A DNA stretch of 38,844 nt, from assembly GCA_018816485.1 (NCBI GenBank), contig JAHIVL010000061.1, forward strand, positions 1 through 38,844. The letters are read 5' to 3'. This document shows, one piece after another, positions 37,049 to 38,844 of this stretch (positions are counted from its first letter, which is position 1; each line of letters opens with the position of its first letter). The DNA is from Patescibacteria group bacterium (GTDB taxonomy: Bacteria > Patescibacteriota > Microgenomatia > UBA1400 > PJMF01). Under the pieces are notes generated by a model that had not been told where the DNA came from, did not search any database, and saw nothing but the letters and a program-made list of their open reading frames with translations. Made by a program: the position numbers and the translations under genes.

Positions 37049-37765
37049 ATGAAAAAAAATCAAAAAAAATTAGCAATAAAGATTAAAAATGTAACAAAAA
37101 CCTATGTTTTACGTCATGAAAAACCAACGCTGATAGAAAGTTTGCTCTATAGACCAAAAAAAGGAATTCATACTGCGTTAAAAGATATATCCTTTTCTGT
37201 ATATGAAGGTGAACGACTAGGAATTATTGGTAGTAATGGATCTGGAAAAACCACTCTATTAAAGTTAATTGCTGGGATTACAAAGCAGCAAAAAGGAGAT
37301 ATAAAAGTAAATGGAAGAGTAGTATCGCTAATTGATCTTTCAGCTGGTTTTCACCCAGATTTAACTGGTGAGGAAAATATTTTTTTGAATGGGTTGGTTA
37401 TTGGAATGACCAGAAGAGAAATTGAAGAAAAAAAACAATCAATTATAGATTTTGCAGATATTGGAAAGTTTATTGATGCTCCACTATATACTTACTCTGG
37501 TGGGATGGAGTTGAGATTGGGCTTTGCTATTGCAGTTCATTCTAATCCAGATGTATTGTTAGTTGACGAGGGTTTTGCGGTTGGAGATGAAAATTTTAGA
37601 GAAAAGGCTCACAAAAAAATTCTAGAGTTTAAAAGACAAAAAAAGACGTTAGTTATGGTTAGTCATTGGATTAGTGAATTAGAGCGCAATTGTAATAAAT
37701 TTTTATGGTTAGAAAGAGGTGAAATTGTTAAGTTTGGTGGAAAAGAAGTGCTAAAAAAATATTAA
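37049..37765 (+). CDS. polysaccharide/teichoic-acid export ABC ATP-binding protein (Wzt/TagH-like)
   Basis: 238 aa. Walker A is GSNGSGKTT. SAGFHPDLTGEENIFLNG is characteristic of the TagH/KpsT/Wzt clade. Walker B is LLVDEGFAVGD. Confidence 0.88.
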   Translation: MKKNQKKLAIKIKNVTKTYVLRHEKPTLIESLLYRPKKGIHTALKDISFSVYEGERLGIIGSNGSGKTTLLKLIAGITKQQKGDIKVNGRVVSLIDLSAGFHPDLTGEENIFLNGLVIGMTRREIEEKKQSIIDFADIGKFIDAPLYTYSGGMELRLGFAIAVHSNPDVLLVDEGFAVGDENFREKAHKKILEFKRQKKTLVMVSHWISELERNCNKFLWLERGEIVKFGGKEVLKKY

Positions 37766-37786
37766 AATATTTTGTGTTTATAATTA

Positions 37787-38710
37787 ATGATGAAAACAAA
37801 TATACTTAAAAAAAATGAAAAACAACTAGATAAAGAAATTAGAAAAAGAAAACTAGAGGATCCTGATTTATTAAAGTCTCTTTCTAATATTTTAAAGAAA
37901 AAAAGAGGACATGTATTTAAAATGCCTGCTCCTAATACGCCTGTAATTGTTTTTATGTCTGGCGGTATTGATACCATAACAATAATAGCTATTTTGATGG
38001 AAGAGTTTGGTTTGCAAGTTTACCCAGTGTATTTTGATTTAGGTTTTCCTCAATCAAAATATGATAAAAAAAGTGTTTTTTTCTTTACAGATTACTATTT
38101 AAAAAAATATCCTAAATTATTTCACTCACCTATGGAAATATCATTGACGTTTCCTGCAAAACAAATGGCCAAGCATATACTTCCTAATTCAGGAAATATA
38201 TTTATAGATAAATCAATAAATCATCGCAGAGGAGTTCCTTTTTCTCCAGCAATTTTTGCATATAACGCTGTGCATTATGCTATCTCTCTAAGAGAAGGTA
38301 AAAGTATTGAAGTTAATACTATTTTTGGAGGAATTTTGCCATCTAATATTGACTGGTATTCATATGAGTCACTAACGACTCATAGGTCGATTAACCTTGA
38401 TATTTGTGTGTCTTTGAACGATTACTCTTGGCAGTACACTTCTTTACCGATTGAAAAAGAACTGGGATTTAATTTGCAAAAACAAGATCTTATTTCCTGG
38501 GGACATAAGTATGGATTGCCATTAGAAAAAACAAGGACTTGTAATGTAAAAAGAGAACATCAGTGTGGTGTGTGTGATATTTGTATAGTTAGAAAAAAGG
38601 CATTTAAGTTGGCAAAAGTAAAAGACAATACATTCTATTTATTTAAAAAGCCTTTACTTGAAAGAGTAAGGTATAGAGTAAAAAGGCATCTTCCATGGCT
38701 CTTAAAATAG
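37787..38710 (+). CDS. QueC-like PP-loop ATP pyrophosphatase family protein (divergent, extended)
   Basis: 307 aa. VFMSGGIDT is an SGGxD[ST] PP-loop, and the C-terminal C-x8-CGVCDIC-x2-R resembles the QueC zinc-binding cluster. It has a Lys-rich ~45-aa N-terminal extension. Confidence 0.6.
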   Translation: MMKTNILKKNEKQLDKEIRKRKLEDPDLLKSLSNILKKKRGHVFKMPAPNTPVIVFMSGGIDTITIIAILMEEFGLQVYPVYFDLGFPQSKYDKKSVFFFTDYYLKKYPKLFHSPMEISLTFPAKQMAKHILPNSGNIFIDKSINHRRGVPFSPAIFAYNAVHYAISLREGKSIEVNTIFGGILPSNIDWYSYESLTTHRSINLDICVSLNDYSWQYTSLPIEKELGFNLQKQDLISWGHKYGLPLEKTRTCNVKREHQCGVCDICIVRKKAFKLAKVKDNTFYLFKKPLLERVRYRVKRHLPWLLK

Positions 38711-38844
38711 CACAAGTCGCTCCTCTATGGGAAAGTGTTCCACCACCAAGGTATGGTGGAATAGAAATGGGAGTATCACTCTTAACAGAAGGACTAGTAA
38801 AAAAAGGTCATGATGTAACGCTATTTGCAGCTGGTACTTCAAAA
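38695..38844 (+). CDS. glycosyltransferase family 4 protein, N-terminal fragment (runs off the window)
   Basis: MALKIAQVAPLWESVPPPRYGGIEMGVSLLTEGLVKKGHDVTLFAAGTSK matches the common GT4 N-terminus (KIA.V.PLWE.VPP..YGG.E.VV..L...L...GH.VTLFA.G.S). It overlaps the stop of the upstream gene. Confidence 0.8.
   Translation, partial: MALKIAQVAPLWESVPPPRYGGIEMGVSLLTEGLVKKGHDVTLFAAGTSK

Overview
This is an AT-rich bacterial chromosomal window with tightly packed genes and standard stop-codon usage. The organism looks like a Patescibacteria/CPR-type bacterium; that is an inference from the intron-laden, 16S-less rRNA operon and the gene content. From left to right: (1) A housekeeping plus-strand block at 22-7984: pth, an MFS-like transporter, a GH3/NagZ-like hydrolase, an Lgt-DUF192 fusion, and a solitary TraD/VirD4-like P-loop ATPase. 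(2) A minus-strand MacA/MacB-type ABC efflux operon at 8502-11480. (3) tRNA-Ile with the rare UAU anticodon, followed by a 19-bp duplicate of its 3' end and a decayed mobile-element zone (11.6-14.3 kb) holding transposase fragments and a glycosyltransferase. (4) Two adjacent giant cysteine-rich surface proteins at 14273-18127; one carries an LPQTG sorting signal, and they share a 6-Cys module, PT linkers and in-frame tandem repeats. (5) pgk, rpsA and three uncharacterised genes. (6) A promoter-tRNA-Ala-23S-5S operon without 16S. Its 23S gene is interrupted by three group I introns, one of which encodes a LAGLIDADG endonuclease. (7) A 7.7-kb accessory island bounded by 82-bp direct repeats made of the 3' part of the 5S rRNA gene. 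It holds an unknown two-gene operon (a 339-aa protein plus a 739-aa SEC-C/TPR protein), a decayed AlbA_2/HATPase_c_4 gene, an Arch_ATPase/DUF234 ATPase and an AbiEi/AbiEii module, and it contains a nested 2.8-kb insertion flanked by 73-bp repeats. (8) A glycan-export cluster: ABC-2 permease, ATPase, a QueC-like PP-loop enzyme and a partial GT4. The strongest novelty candidates are the 5S-targeted island with its unknown operon, and the Cys-rich surface protein pair. All RNA and repeat coordinates come from hand alignment and may be off by about 15 nt.
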